This document shows positions 1 to 21,276 of a stretch of 64,000 bases of DNA, one piece after another (positions within the stretch are counted from its first letter, which is position 1; every line of letters starts with the position of its first letter). Under the pieces are notes generated by a model that saw only the letters and a list, made by a program, of their open reading frames with translations, was not told the origin of the DNA and searched no databases. The translations under genes and the position numbers were made by a program. The stretch is from the human T2T-CHM13v2.0 reference genome, Homo sapiens: the NCBI RefSeq assembly GCF_009914755.1, contig NC_060931.1. The stretch is one strand, 5' to 3'.

Positions 1-425
1 CACGTCTAATATATACTATCTATTTTATTGGTTTATTTTGAAAAACATGGGTATAGAATTATTTAAATATTATTTTATTTACTGAAATATTTATTAAATA
101 TATTTATTTATTTAAATATTATTATTACTTTAAATATTATTTTAAATATTTTGGAAATACTGGTATTTTTGAATAGATGCTGTTTCTATAAAGCTGTGTG
201 ATGGGTATTATAACTGTTGTATACACATACATATAATTTTGTTTTCCTTTTTAAGAGAGGATTCTTTTCATCCTAAATCTTTTACCTTTCAATCTTTGTA
301 TCTATTATTACACGTGCTGCTGAAGGGAGCATGGTTTTTATCTATGATACTTAGTTAACATATATATTACATTTATAGCTATGTGGTAGTTCCCCTAAAT
401 TCTTGTAAAAATAAATTTTTATTTG
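1..425 (+). other. AT-rich 3' UTR terminus, probably of a SPDYE (Speedy E) paralog
   Basis: Very AT-rich with ATTTA/TATTTA elements, AATAAA at 410-415 and a GT-rich tract downstream. Resemblance to the SPDYE 3' end and the SPDYE-PMS2P adjacency are recalled. No coding exon is in the window. Confidence 0.45.
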
Positions 426-1063
426 ATATTTAGTGTATGTTTGAAATGTGAGAATTCAGATGGAATTTTTTATCTTGTTTTGGCATGTTTGTATGTTACT
501 TTAAAGAGGATGTGTGTTCTAAAGGAGGACATGAGCTGTGTGTTTTCAAGAGAACAGTGCAGTGCATCTCTTGGGGAAACATAATAAAGATGAACTTTTC
601 TCACCTTCACAGTGAGTGTGATCATATTGTGGTCTGGATTGATTATTTGCTGTCAAGTGACATTTTTCCTTAATGGGGTTGTGGTTATTTGAACATATTT
701 GTTAGCTTTGGAAGATAATCCTGTGCTGTTTTTTATGTAGAAAAAAACATACGGCTGGGTGCAGTGCTCACACCTACAATCCCAGCAGTTTTGGAGGTCA
801 TGGCGGGAGGATCACTTGAAGCCTATTTTTAATTTTTATTTTTTAAAGAAAAACAACAGAAGAGAAGGCTGATCCCAAGCTACAGGGTTTTTTTGTTTGT
901 TTGTTTGTTTGTTTGTTTTGGAGACAGTCTCGCTCTGTCTCCCAGGCTGGAGTGCAGTGGCACAACCTCGGCTCCCTGCAACTTTCACCTCGGCGTTCAA
1001 GCAAATTCTCCTGCCTCAGCCTCCCAAGTAGCTGGGACTACAGGCATCCGCCTGTACGTCTGA

Positions 1064-1207
<144 letters not shown>

Positions 1208-1487
1208 TAGAGTTTTAAAGCAGGAAATGAGAGAAAGATATTGAGAGAGGAAAACCAGGTGGTAAGAAAACTCTAAAGGTGGCTGGGCGTGGTGGCTCAC
1301 GCCTGTGATCCCAGCAGGAGTTCGAGACCAGGCAGGAGAATCACTAGCAGAGAATATGTCTCCCCAACCCCTCTCAAAAAAAAAAAAAAAAAAGTCCAGG
1401 CGCGGTGGCTCAGGACTGTAATCCCAGCACTTTGGGAGGCTGAGGTGGGTGGATCATGAGGTCAGGAGATCAAGACCATCCTGGCTA

Positions 1488-1670
<183 letters not shown>

Positions 1671-1919
1671 TCACAAAAGAAAAAAAAAAAAAGAAAGTTC
1701 CTGCAACAGTTCAAGCTGTGAAAGACAGGCACTCTGCCATGCAATTCTTTGTGATTTTTCTTTTTTATTTTTGGAGTCGGGGTCTTGTGCTGTCACCCAG
1801 ACTGGGGTGCAGTGGTGCGGTCATAGCTCACTGTGGGCTCAGACTCAAGCTCAAGCAATCTTCTTATCTTGCCTTTCTAATTGCTGGGATTATAAGCATG
1901 AGCCACTGCACCTGGCCTG

Positions 1920-2140
1920 TGTGACGTAATTCTGATGTCAACTCCCTGATGTTACATCAAATGCCACAGGTTAAGGCCACCAGCCCCCGCTAGGCTGCCC
2001 TCGCTTCAGATGCAGCTGCAAGCTTGGGTGTCCACAGACCGCATGTACTTCTCACCAACTGGCTGCAAATTTGGAGGTTCCCACCACGTCCTCAGGTTTG
2101 ATAATTCACCATAACAACCCACAGAACTCTGAAAAGCATG
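1920..2140. mobile_element. MER21-like LTR fragment (ERVL/ERV1 class)
   Basis: CCACAGGTTAAGG...CTTCAGATGC...TACTTCTCACCAACTGGCT..AAATTTGGAGGTTCCCAC...CTCAGGTTTGATAATT resembles the MER21 consensus as recalled. Confidence 0.6.
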
Positions 2141-3215
2141 ATACTTTCTCTTTCTTTATTTGAGACAGAGTCTTGCTCTGTCACCCAGGCTGGAGTGCAG
2201 TGGCCACCATGCTTGGCTAATTTTAGTATTTGTATTAGAGACAGGGTTTCGCCATGTTGGCCAGGCTGGTCTTGAACTCCTGACCTCAGGTGATCCACCC
2301 ACCTTGGCCTCCCAAAGTGCTGGGATTACAGGCATAGCCACTGTGCCTGGCTGACTTCTAGAGTTTCAATAACAGAGATGTGGTTCAAGAAGAAAAGGGA
2401 GACATGTTTTGTAGACAGCAGGAGCTTCATGAAAAGAAGCCAATGAAGGGCAGGATGTGTAGCTGTCTACCTACAGGAAACCAGCCAGGAGCCTCCCCAC
2501 AGGGACTTCAGCACAGATGGCCGGGAAAATCTGCATTCACCTGAGCTCTGGACCTAAGAGAGGACAAGGCCTTGACTGTTTCTACAGACTCACAAGATGC
2601 AATCTCTGCGGTCCATGCCCGTGGTGTGATCTGGGAAACAGGGGGCCTTCTAAATGCCAACAACAAGGAAATCAAATGTGCAACAGACAGAAATATCGGC
2701 ATTGACACGGGCCATGGAGAGGCCTAAACAGATGACTGCAGTCCACTGCCAAGGTCATCAAAGGGGTGACTCTGAAATAAGAAATTTCAGACGCCACGGC
2801 CCAAATAGCTGCACGAGGTGGGGAAGTCCTCCACATGCCTCTGCTTCCTTCAGTACCTCTTCATGAAATAAGCCGAGGTACTTCCCTGGGGAATTTCCTT
2901 TCTCTTTCTTTCTTTCGAGACGGAGTCTTGCTCTGTCGCCCAGGCTAGAGTGCAGTGGCGCGATCTCGGCTCACTGCAACCTCTCCCTCCCGGGTTTTGG
3001 CAATTCTTCTGTCTCAGACTTCTGAGTAGCTGAGATTACAGGTGTGTGCCACCATGCCCAGCTAATATTTGTATTTTCACTCGAGACAGGGTTTCACCAT
3101 CTAGGCCAGGCTGGTCTTGAACTCCTGACCTCATGATCCACCCATCTTGGCCTCCCAAAGTCCTGGGATTACAGGCACGAGCCACCACACCCAGACTTCT
3201 TGTTTTATTTTTTGA

Positions 3216-3419
<204 letters not shown>

Positions 3420-3843
3420 TGAACCCCTGACCTCTAATGATCTACCCGAATTGGTCTCCCAAAATGCTGGGATTACAGGCGTGAGCCACTGTGCCCAGCC
3501 CCTCCCATACCTCTTTTGGCCAAGGCAGTACAATTCAGAGAATCTTGCCAGGGAAGACTGGTAAATGGACATCAACATGATGCCTATGGCTCCTGGTGGA
3601 TTTAGATACCTCCTGGTGCTTACTGATACCTTTACCAGTTACATGGGGGCTTTTCCATGCCAGACTGAAAATGCTGGAGATCACTGATCAACCTTCAACT
3701 ATTTACTAGCAGAACACTGAGGGGACTCTGCAGTCACCAATATCTCCTATTGCACTTGGATAAACACCTCCCGGGAAATAGAGATGAATAGAAAGGAAAT
3801 ACTTAAACAAGCAGAATGGCTACATTCCTTCAACCAGAAGGGT

Positions 3844-4228
3844 CCATTAGTCTGTTTTCACACTGCTATAAAGAACTACTGGAAACTGGGGAATTTATGA
3901 AGAAAAGAGGTTTAATTGACTCACAGTTTTGCAGGCTGTACAGGAAGCATGGCTGGGGAGCCCTCAAGAAACTGACAATCACGGCAGAAGGCGAAGGGGA
4001 AGCAGGCACGTTTCTGGCCATGGTGGAGCAGGAGAGACAGAGAGAGTGAAGCAGGAGGTGCTGCATGCTTCTAAACAACCAGATCCCATGAGCGCTCACT
4101 ATCACGAGACCAGCAAGGGGGACGTCAGCCGCCATGAGCCAATCATCTCCCACCAGGTCCCTCCCTCAACACTGGGAATTGCAATTGGACATGAGATTTG
4201 GTTGGGGATACAGAGCTGAACCATATCA
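3844..4228 (-). mobile_element. MaLR solo LTR (MSTA/MSTB-like) inserted in the ERV env remnant
   Basis: Typical MST/THE1 text (AAGAAAAGAGGTTTAATTGACTCACAGTT...CATGAGATTTGG...CCATATCA). AGGGT duplicated at 3839-3843 and 4229-4233. Confidence 0.85.
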
Positions 4229-4261
4229 AGGGTAGTTCAACCACTGAGATTGATTGATTGA

Positions 4262-4479
<218 letters not shown>

Positions 4480-4887
4480 TGATCACCCTGCCTCGGCTCT
4501 TCTTTTGCTGGAATTACAGGCGTGAGCCACCGCACCCGGACAACCACTGAGATTTAGAAGGCAGTCGAGTCCACTATACCACACCTCACCTGGTTTCTTC
4601 CTCTATTGGGGCCCCTCGTGGCCACTGTTCTGTTACTTTTTGGTCCTATTTATTTAAATGGATGGTGAGCTGTTTGTCCTCCAGGATCCAACACTTCCAC
4701 CTTCAGCTTGTATTACAACAATACCAGCCTTTCAAGCTACTCCGGGTGACCCCAGAACTCATCTGAACTCAGAAGCCCAAGAGTTTCATTCCTCTCACTT
4801 TAGGGGACTAAGTGCCCCTGGTCAGCATGAAGTCGATACAGAAGCATGACCTCCATCCCTAATCCCTCAAGAATGAGGAGTGGAAGG

Positions 4888-5977
<1,090 letters not shown>

Positions 5978-6506
5978 TTAGCTGCATATGTTTAAGTAAC
6001 TTTTTAGATTATAAGAAATACGCATGCAAAATGGAAAGGCACAAAGAAGAGAGCAAAAAGTGCATGAGATCTCACATCCAAGGATAACCGCTGAGAACAT
6101 GGAAGTGCTGACTCTTCAGTCTTTATACTATACACATTTAGGCCTGTTTTGTTTTTATAAAACTGTAATCATATAATACAGACAGTTTTATAATCTGCTT
6201 TTTAAACACAACAATTATATAACATTTAGCTGTTTCATTTGCATTCAAATTCATAAGGGTTCCAGTAACTCATTTATCAGAAAACCAAGAGAAATATTCT
6301 CATAAAAATATAAGTACATAAGGTCAGGCATGGTGGCTCACGCCTGTAATCCCAGCACTTTGAGAGGCCGAGGTGGGCGGATCACCTGAGGGCAGGAATT
6401 CAAGACCAGCCTGGCCAGCCTGGACAACATGGTGGAACCCCGTCTCCACTGAAAATACAAAAATTAGCCGGGCGTGGTGGCGCGCGCCTGTAATGGTAGC
6501 TACTCA

Positions 6507-6883
<377 letters not shown>

Positions 6884-7053
6884 TGATAAAAAGAAAAAAG
6901 TAAATCATCCTGAAGTTAAGTCTTTAATGAGAAATGCAAATAAAGCATTTCTCAATAAATTATGGGAAGAGAATCAACTGAAGAATAAACATCTTTAGTA
7001 AATCTTTTGCTCATGTGCATTAACCAATACTCTTGAAAACCAGGATTAATTTA

Positions 7054-7302
<249 letters not shown>

Positions 7303-7960
7303 CTACTCTTTTCTTCACTTGCTTTTCTCTCAAAATTTTCTTAAAAAGCTGATGATCCCTCTGAGATAACCGAGATCTAAACGGTTGAGGAGTCATCACA
7401 AAATCTAAGGTCTGGCATCTAAAAGACAGTGAGACAGAGAGCACTAAACATGCTTTGTTTTGATAAAAGCTTTGACTTCATTTTTCAGGTTGAATTGCAA
7501 AACCATAAATGATCTCAAGATTTATTGATTCTCAAATAGAGATTTGTTTTGTTATTACTCTTCAAACAAAATTTTTTAAAAGAATTTTTTTAAAGAATTT
7601 TTTAAAATTTTTAAAATTTTTTTTAAAGAATCCAAAAGATATTATAATTAAAATGTATATGTAGGGCAGGGTGCGGTGGCTCGTGCCTGTAATTCCAGCA
7701 CTTTGGGAGGCCAAGGAGGGCAGATCACTTGAGGCCTGGAGTTCCAGACCAGCCTGGGCAACATGGCAAAACCCCATCTCTACTAAAAATACAAAAATTA
7801 GCCAGGAGTGGTGGTGCACGCTATAGTCCCAGCTCTTCAGGAGGCTGAGTCACGAAAGTCACTTGAACCTGGGAGGCAGAGACTGCAGTGAGCTGAGACT
7901 GTGCCACTGCACTCCAGCCTGGGTGACAGAGTGCGACTCTGTCTAAAAAAAAAAAAAAAA

Positions 7961-8168
7961 ATATATATATACATATATATGTATATATATATGTATATAT
8001 ATATGTATATATATGTATATGTATGTATATATGTATATATATATGTATATATGTATATATATATGTATATATGTATATATGTATATATGTATATATATGT
8101 ATATATGTATATATATGTATATATATATGTATATATATGTATATATATGTATATATATGTGTGTGTGC
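7961..8168. repeat. Compound (TA)n/(TATG)n microsatellite grown from an Alu tail
   Basis: About 200 bp of TATATG/TATA units directly after the Alu poly(A). Confidence 0.95.
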
Positions 8169-8538
8169 ATGTAATTATTTATAAAAATTTAGTATCTGTG
8201 CTGTAATTAAATAGTGCTTTGGTGAAATGTTTCCCTAAAAATTGATAATGAAAACCAATGGTAACTATCATTTATTATCTATATGTTATGTTCAAATTGA
8301 GAAGTTACTGTTTTAATAAGGGTAACCAATTTTTTAAACAATACTATTTGCTTCATTTCATTCATTTATTGCTCACATTTCAGAAGTACTAGGACTTAGA
8401 TTGGCAGTGAGACAAAACAGAATTCAGAAGCTAGAAGCTGAGATATTGAGATAGAAAATTGTAAATAATAATGATTCCAATTAATTTTCAGAGAGGTTTT
8501 TCTAAGGGGTCAAGTGAATGGATAAAAATATTTTCTCA

Positions 8539-8676
<138 letters not shown>

Positions 8677-8818
8677 TCAAGTGCTATAACAACAAATATA
8701 CATGATATCTAGTAACTGGCTTTAAAAAACTGTTTTTGTGTTTCCCAAGACAGTGTTACTCAAAATTCTAAGACATGTGGCCCAATTATTTTGTAATAGG
8801 ATTAGAAAGTTAACTTAC

Positions 8819-8905
8819 TTAAGCCTTCGAAGTTTTCTTCTTCTACCCCACATCCATTGCCTGAAACTTCAATGAGATCCATTCCATAGTCCTTAAGCTT
8901 TAGAT
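8819..8905 (-). pseudogene. PMS2-like exon 3
   Basis: 87 nt, ag/gtaag, encodes [29 protein letters not shown]. Confidence 0.95.
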
Positions 8906-9132
8906 CTAGAAAGTTTAAAATATTTATATATTTATTAAAAATGGACCCACGCTATCAGCTTTTATATTGATATTATTTATAACGTGCAAATTTAAGTGTC
9001 GTAACTATACCTTTAGTTAAACATACTAGTGTCATTTTGTATATTTCATTTTTATAAAGTTCTTTCTGGCCATTTACTAGCCCAGATTAAATAGTTTAGC
9101 ATTTTCTTTCTTTCCTCTTTTTTTTTTCCTTA

Positions 9133-9558
<426 letters not shown>

Positions 9559-10118
9559 TCAAAAAAAAAAAAAAAAAGAAAAAAAAAACAGAACTGGTTC
9601 TGGAATCAGACTTCCTAGATTCTATTTTATTAGCTTTATAATCTCAAAAAAAGGAAATTTACTGTCCCTTAATTTCCTCAACTGTAAAATGGAGGTAATA
9701 AGTTCTATCTCATAAAGTTATTTGGCAGATTAATAATTTTTTTTTAATTTTGTCATTTTCTTTTTTTTCTTCCCTTTTTTTTTTTTTTTTTAATTTTTTG
9801 AGATGGACTTTTGCTCTTGTCACCCAGGCTGGAATGCAGTGGCACAATCGATCTTGGCTCACTGCAACCTCCACCTCCCAGGTTTAAGCAATTCTCCTCC
9901 CTCAGCCTTCTGAGGAGCTGAGAGTACAGCCATGCACCATCACATCTGGCTAATTTTTGTATTTTTAGTAGAGACAGGGTTTTACCACGTTGGTTAGGCT
10001 GGTCTTGAACTCCTGACCTCAAAGCATCAGCCCCCCTCAGCCTCCCAAAGTGCTGGGATTACAGATGTGAGCCACTACTCCAGGATTTATTTTATTTTAT
10101 TTTATTTTATTTTTTTGA

Positions 10119-10448
<330 letters not shown>

Positions 10449-10760
10449 TGAACTCTTGGCTTCAAGCAATCCCCCCACCTCAGCCTCTCAAAGGGCTAGG
10501 ATTACAGGCGTCAGACACCACGCCCAGCTATTCTGCAAATTAAATGAGATATTTCTGTGCAATTCTTAGCATAACACCTGCCTGGCACACCATAAGAACA
10601 CAAGAAAAGCTGTCGTTATTATTATTACTACCTAGCTAAGTACTAGGCACATAATAGGTGCTAACTTTAACTTAAAAATAATAGTTTATTACTACATCAA
10701 CACTTGATAGTCTTATTTCAATAACAAATGTTTCTTGACTACAACAACATTCACTGATCA

Positions 10761-10967
<207 letters not shown>

Positions 10968-11323
10968 TCAGCTATATATTTTCATCCTGATTTTAACTGT
11001 GGGAAATGACTCAACACTGCAAATAGTTTATGGGTCTAATCTATTCATTTATTATATTAACAAATACATTTATTATATCCAGAAATGGAAACATTGTTTT
11101 ACAATCCTTAAACAAGTACCCAAAATACTTCTGGATAGACACTTCAAATTCAACACATCCTTACTATCTAGTATCCACATGGAGAAAACATACATTGTAT
11201 CTCTCAAATTACCAAAATCTTTGGCAATAATGGTGTCTTCTTTCTTGAAAACTGAAAGCATGGCCGGTGCGGTGGCTCATGCCTGTAATCCCAGCAATTT
11301 GGGACACAGAGGCAGGTGGATCA

Positions 11324-11566
<243 letters not shown>

Positions 11567-11779
11567 TTAGAAAAACCAACAGTATGCTGGGAAATACACA
11601 ATGTTTAAGTCAAAATCATCTCAGAAATTGGATACCAGTTATATAACTATTCCTTATACACAGTTGCCTTTGATACCCTACTCCAAATTGAAGCTGCCAG
11701 CTGCTGTCTTAGCAAAGACCCTCAAAGTTCTTGCTGTACTTGTTTTAAGAGGTTTTTTTTTTTTTTTTTTTTTTTTTGA

Positions 11780-11947
<168 letters not shown>

Positions 11948-12233
11948 TAGTAGAGACAGGGTTCCACCGTTTTAGCCAGGATGGTCTCGATCTCTTGACT
12001 TCGTGATCCGCCCGCCTCAGCCTCCCAAAGTGCTGGGATTACAGGCGTGAGCCACCATGCCCAGCCCACTTTAAGAGTTTTATAACGGTTTCATTTCCCC
12101 TTATTCCCTGCTCCAACCCATCCTCCACTCTATCACCAGAGCTATTTTTGAAATCACGAATCTGGTCAAATAATTTTTCTGCTTGAAAAATTACTAGTGC
12201 CCCACTTCCTACTATATGAAACTTAAAATCTAG

Positions 12234-12548
<315 letters not shown>

Positions 12549-13079
12549 TAACTCCTGACCTCAGGTGATCTGCCCGCCTTGGCCTTCCAAAGCACTAGGA
12601 TTACAGGTGTGAGCCACCGCAACTGGCCGTCCCCTATATTGCAGCACAGTGAACAACTGTTTCCTGAACATCACAAGCTCTCTTAGACACTACAGTGTAT
12701 AAGCAGGTCTCTGTCTAAACTGCTCTCCTCTTGCCCCTCTGCCCAATGTCTGCTCATCCAAAGAATGTATCCCGTGTGTTCATTAACTTAGCAAGTTCCC
12801 AGTAAACAGTTTAATTGATCACTCGTTAAGAGAAGGCGGGAAACCTACATGAAAAGAGAAATTAGTGGGTATTTCCTACAGCATTTAACACATCGTAGGC
12901 CTTCAATAAACCCTTGTGAAATAAACAAACCTCTTTACTGTTCATTCTATGTTGCTAAGAATCTCACCTAAGTCTGTCTACCATGTGAAACTGCAGATGA
13001 CCTCACAGAAAATGGAAAGAAGTATCTCTAAAAATAAGTTTATTTGGCAACACACTACAGGCTACAGGTTCACTTCTGA

Positions 13080-13316
<237 letters not shown>

Positions 13317-14194
13317 TGATCCACTTGCCTTGGCCTCCCAAAGTGATGGGATTATAGGTGTGAGCCACCGCACCTGGTCCACTTCAGATATTTAGATACA
13401 GACGGCAAGTGTATTTAAATGTCTCAATACATTTAAATGTAGTTACCTAAATATATCTAATATATTTAAATGCAGAGAGCAAATTTGCGTTTACAAATCT
13501 GACATGGAATTCAACTGTGCTAGCCAAGATTCGGTGTAGCTTACCAGCCAGAAATCACATACCCTAAGAGGTAAAAATGCATTGCATTTTTTAAAACTGA
13601 GCAGCTACGCAAATTAGGATGTGTCTGGACGCTCTACTGTCCCCAAAATAACCTCAATTTTTTTTTAAAAGGCCAGGCACAGTGCATTACGCCTGTAATT
13701 CCAGAGCTTTGGGGGGCCAAGGCGGGCGGACTGCTTGAGCTCCGGAGTTCCAGACCAGCTTGGGCAACATAGCGAAATCCCCGTCTCTACAAAAAAATAA
13801 AATAAAAATTAAAAATAAAATAATATAAAAATAAAAATAAAAGGGGAGAGAGAACAGGTAGAAAGGAAATGCATTCAGTCTATGGGGATTTCACGTTCCG
13901 GCTTCAAGTCCACGGCCCTGTGATGGGATGTGGGCAGGGCCTGAGACAGGCCGAACCCAACTCTTCACAGGGCCGAATTCTTTGCCCGCAGCCCAGCACC
14001 CCGAAGGAGCTTGCCTCGGCTTCAAGGCGCACCTAATGGGCACCGGATCGCTGGGGCGCTGAGGATGCCGCTCCGGGGCCTCCACGAGGCGGCCTCCCAC
14101 GCGCCTCGGCCATGTTCCCCCCATTTCCAGGGAGGTCGGAAGCCGTGGTTCTCAAAGAGGGCGAGCGAGAGGGGCGACCGCGAGCCCAGCTCAC

Positions 14195-14217
14195 CTCGAG
14201 CTCTCAGCTCTCTCCAA
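14195..14217 (-). pseudogene. PMS2-like exon 1 coding part (TTG-ERAESS)
   Basis: Minus strand GCATCC TTG GAG AGA GCT GAG AGC TCG AG|gtgag; PMS2 begins MERAESS. Confidence 0.9.
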
Positions 14218-14229
14218 GGATGCAACACC

Positions 14230-14660
14230 GGATCCGCCTCGGGGACTGGGAAAGTGCCCTCAACGGCTCCCACAGGCGCCCCGCCTCCTGGGCTCCCATT
14301 GGCTGCTTTCGACGTTGTGCTCCACCCTTTCCGGGCGGGGCGGAAAAAATACTTCCCGTCTCTCCTTTTCGCCTAGTGGCTCTGTCAAAGGTCGAGTCCG
14401 TGACGTCAAAGAGCCTGGACCAATCAGAGCACACCGGACTGCGTTTTTTTTCCGAACGCCCGCAGCAGGGTCAGAAGGGAGGTGGTCGCCCTCCGTCGTG
14501 GTCTGGCGTGTATTCCGAGCCTTGGTGTCTGGCGGTTTCCGAGCGTTGGTGTCTGGCGGTTTCCGAGCGTTGGTGTCTGGCGGTTTCCGACCGTTGGTGT
14601 CTGGCGGTTTCCGACCGTTGGTGTCTGGCACGCGCCACCCTCTCTTGCTTTGGTTGCGCC
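14230..14660. promoter_or_regulatory. Duplicated PMS2/AIMP2 bidirectional CpG-island promoter
   Basis: CpG-rich ~13950-14930. ATTGG 14298-14302, GGGCGGGGCGG 14333-14343, perfect CRE TGACGTCA 14401-14408, CCAAT 14420-14424. Lies between divergent PMS2 and AIMP2 first exons. Confidence 0.85.
14513..14629 (+). repeat. 24-bp minisatellite, ~4.9 copies (TTCCGA[G/C]CGTTGGTGTCTGGCGGT)
   Basis: Units start at 14513, 14537, 14561, 14585 and 14609. Confidence 0.95.
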
Positions 14661-14792
14661 ATGCCGATGTACCAGGTAAAGCCCTATCACCGGGTCTGCG
14701 CCCCTCTCCGTGTGGAGCCCACCTGCATGTACTGGCTCCCCAACATGCACGGCAGGAGCGGCGGCCCAGCACTTGGCACTGGCCACTTGCAG
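14661..14792 (+). pseudogene. AIMP2 (JTV1/p38) exon 1 copy, coding part; first exon of the STAG3L unit
   Basis: GCGCC ATG; encodes [44 protein letters not shown]|gtagg, versus recalled AIMP2 [45 protein letters not shown]. Confidence 0.9.
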
Positions 14793-15098
14793 GTAGGAGC
14801 GCGGGGCACCCCGCCCACTGCGCACGCGCGGCGGCCGGGTGCTGGCCCGGGTGCCCCTAGGCCGGATAGAGTGCTTCCCAACCGATTCGCGGCCCCACCC
14901 CGGCATCTGTGCCGGCCGGCCAGGGGCTCACCCAGATTTTTATGTTTTAAAAGATTTATTCAGGCCGGGCGCCGTGGCTCACGCCTGTAATCCCGGCACT
15001 TTGGGAGGCCGAGGCGGGCGGATCACCTGAGATCAGGAGTTCGAGACCAGTCTGGCCAACATGGTGAAACCCCGTGTCTACTAAAAATGCAAAAATTA

Positions 15099-15242
<144 letters not shown>

Positions 15243-15498
15243 TCAAAAAAAAAAATTATTATATACATATATATCTTTATATATATTAAATATACCTTTA
15301 TTATGCGTATTATACATATTGTATATTATGTGTAATATATGACATAATATATTATAAAATATATTGTATATTATATATATATATATTTTTTTCCTGGTCG
15401 AGCGCGGTGGTTCACGCCTGGAATCTCAGCGCTTTGGGAGACCGAAGCGGGAGGATTGCTTGAGCCCGGAGAGTTTGAGACCACCCTGAGCAACATAG

Positions 15499-15723
<225 letters not shown>

Positions 15724-16125
15724 TAGCCAGGATGGTCTCGATCTCTTGACCTCGTGATTCGCCTGCCTCGGCCTCCCAAATTGCTGGGATTACAGGCGTG
15801 AGCCACCACGCCCAGCTGCCTTGTCTCTATTTTTTAAATGTTTTAATTAAAATAAAAATCTATCCATATTTTTTCTTTTTTTTTTGCGTATGGCTGCTTA
15901 AACATTTTAGTTCAGAATTCTATCCTCTGAAAAGTGAATAGCACATAAATGCTCATTTTGAGGAATTACAAAGCGAACCCCAGGGTCACCACCTCCCAGG
16001 TTGACACACATTGTCACCGCTCCATTCTTTCCACTTAAACCTTCCCCACCAGCACCCCAGGGCCTGATTTTTATGGTAATTATGTCATGCTTGTCTCTAT
16101 TATTTTGTCAGCTAAGTATCCCTAA

Positions 16126-16284
<159 letters not shown>

Positions 16285-16640
16285 TGAGATTACAGGCACT
16301 GTCCACTGCACCTGGCTAATTTTTGTATTTTTAGTAGAGACGGGGTTTTGCCATGTTGACCAGGCTGGTCTTGAACTCCTGACCTCAGGCGATCCGCCCG
16401 CCTTGAACTCCCAAAGTGCTGGATTACAGGTGTGAGCCACTGTGCCCGGCACCTAAACAACATAGTTTTGATATAGGTAAGCATACAGCATATATTTTGA
16501 TGTATTTCAGGTAATTTAGTCTAAGAACAGGAAAGGACAGAAAATGAACACAATTTGTAGTTCTTTGTTCTTAACAAACTAAGAATACTTTGCTTAAATA
16601 AGTAGCAATGAGAATGTAACTCAGTAATTCATACAAATAG

Positions 16641-16726
16641 ACAAGAAGACAAGAAAATGATTTGAGGACAGCTTCAATCGCGGTGTGAAGAAGAAAGCAG
16701 CAAAACGACCACTGAAAACAACGCCG
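16641..16726 (+). pseudogene. Hybrid exon: novel 5' part plus the 3' half of an early STAG3 exon
   Basis: From ~16661 it reads [22 protein letters not shown]|gtgagt (recalled STAG3 [22 protein letters not shown]). Acceptor aatag at 16636-16640 is inferred. Confidence 0.75.
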
Positions 16727-17311
16727 GTGAGTCAGCCAGTTTTCTTTTGTTTTTGAATCTTGTGGGGGAAGCAGCCCAGCTATTCGGGAGGCTGAGGCAG
16801 GAGAATGGCACGAACCCCGGGGGCAGAGCTGGCAGTGAGCCGAGATCACGCCACTGCACGCCAGCCTGGGCGACAGAGCGAGACTCCGTCTCAAAAAAAA
16901 GAGAAAACCTAAGAGGTTCAGGTGATATGGTTCAAAAAAGGACAAGATTTACAAAGTATTAAGGGACGGAAATAGGAAGAAGAGAAATTTCGAAGAGAAA
17001 AGAAAAGAAAAGGATGTTTGGTTATAGAGATACGGGAAGGAGACTCAAGGAATTTTTTTTTTAAAGGGAAAAAAGTTAATAAACTTCATAATACAAAAAT
17101 CAATTATTTCAGGACTGAGTCTAACTCAGACTGCTGTGGAATTGGCAGCGTAAGCCTACTTGTGTGATAATGATGAAACCAAGTGTTAATGTCACTATTA
17201 CCTTTTTTTCATATTTCTGATCTTTTTATGTGTATCAGGTGGCAAAATATCCAAAGAAAGGGTCCCAAGCGGTACATCGTCATAGCCGGAAACAGTCAGA
17301 GCCACCAGCCA

Positions 17312-21276
<3,965 letters not shown>

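Noticed and set aside
7901-8206. YIYM-repeat ORFs
   Set aside because: Translation of a (TA)n microsatellite.
14513-14629. 24-bp repeats as a CRISPR array
   Set aside because: Head-to-tail with no spacers, no cas genes, and a human context; this is a minisatellite.
14112-14990. 292-aa plus-strand ORF with SERWCLAV repeats, in frame with the AIMP2 exon
   Set aside because: Its ATG lies upstream of the promoter core (inside PMS2P intron 1, on the opposite strand) and it runs through a splice donor into an Alu. The open frame is explained by GC content and the stop-free 24-mer. Only 14661-14792 is homologous coding sequence.
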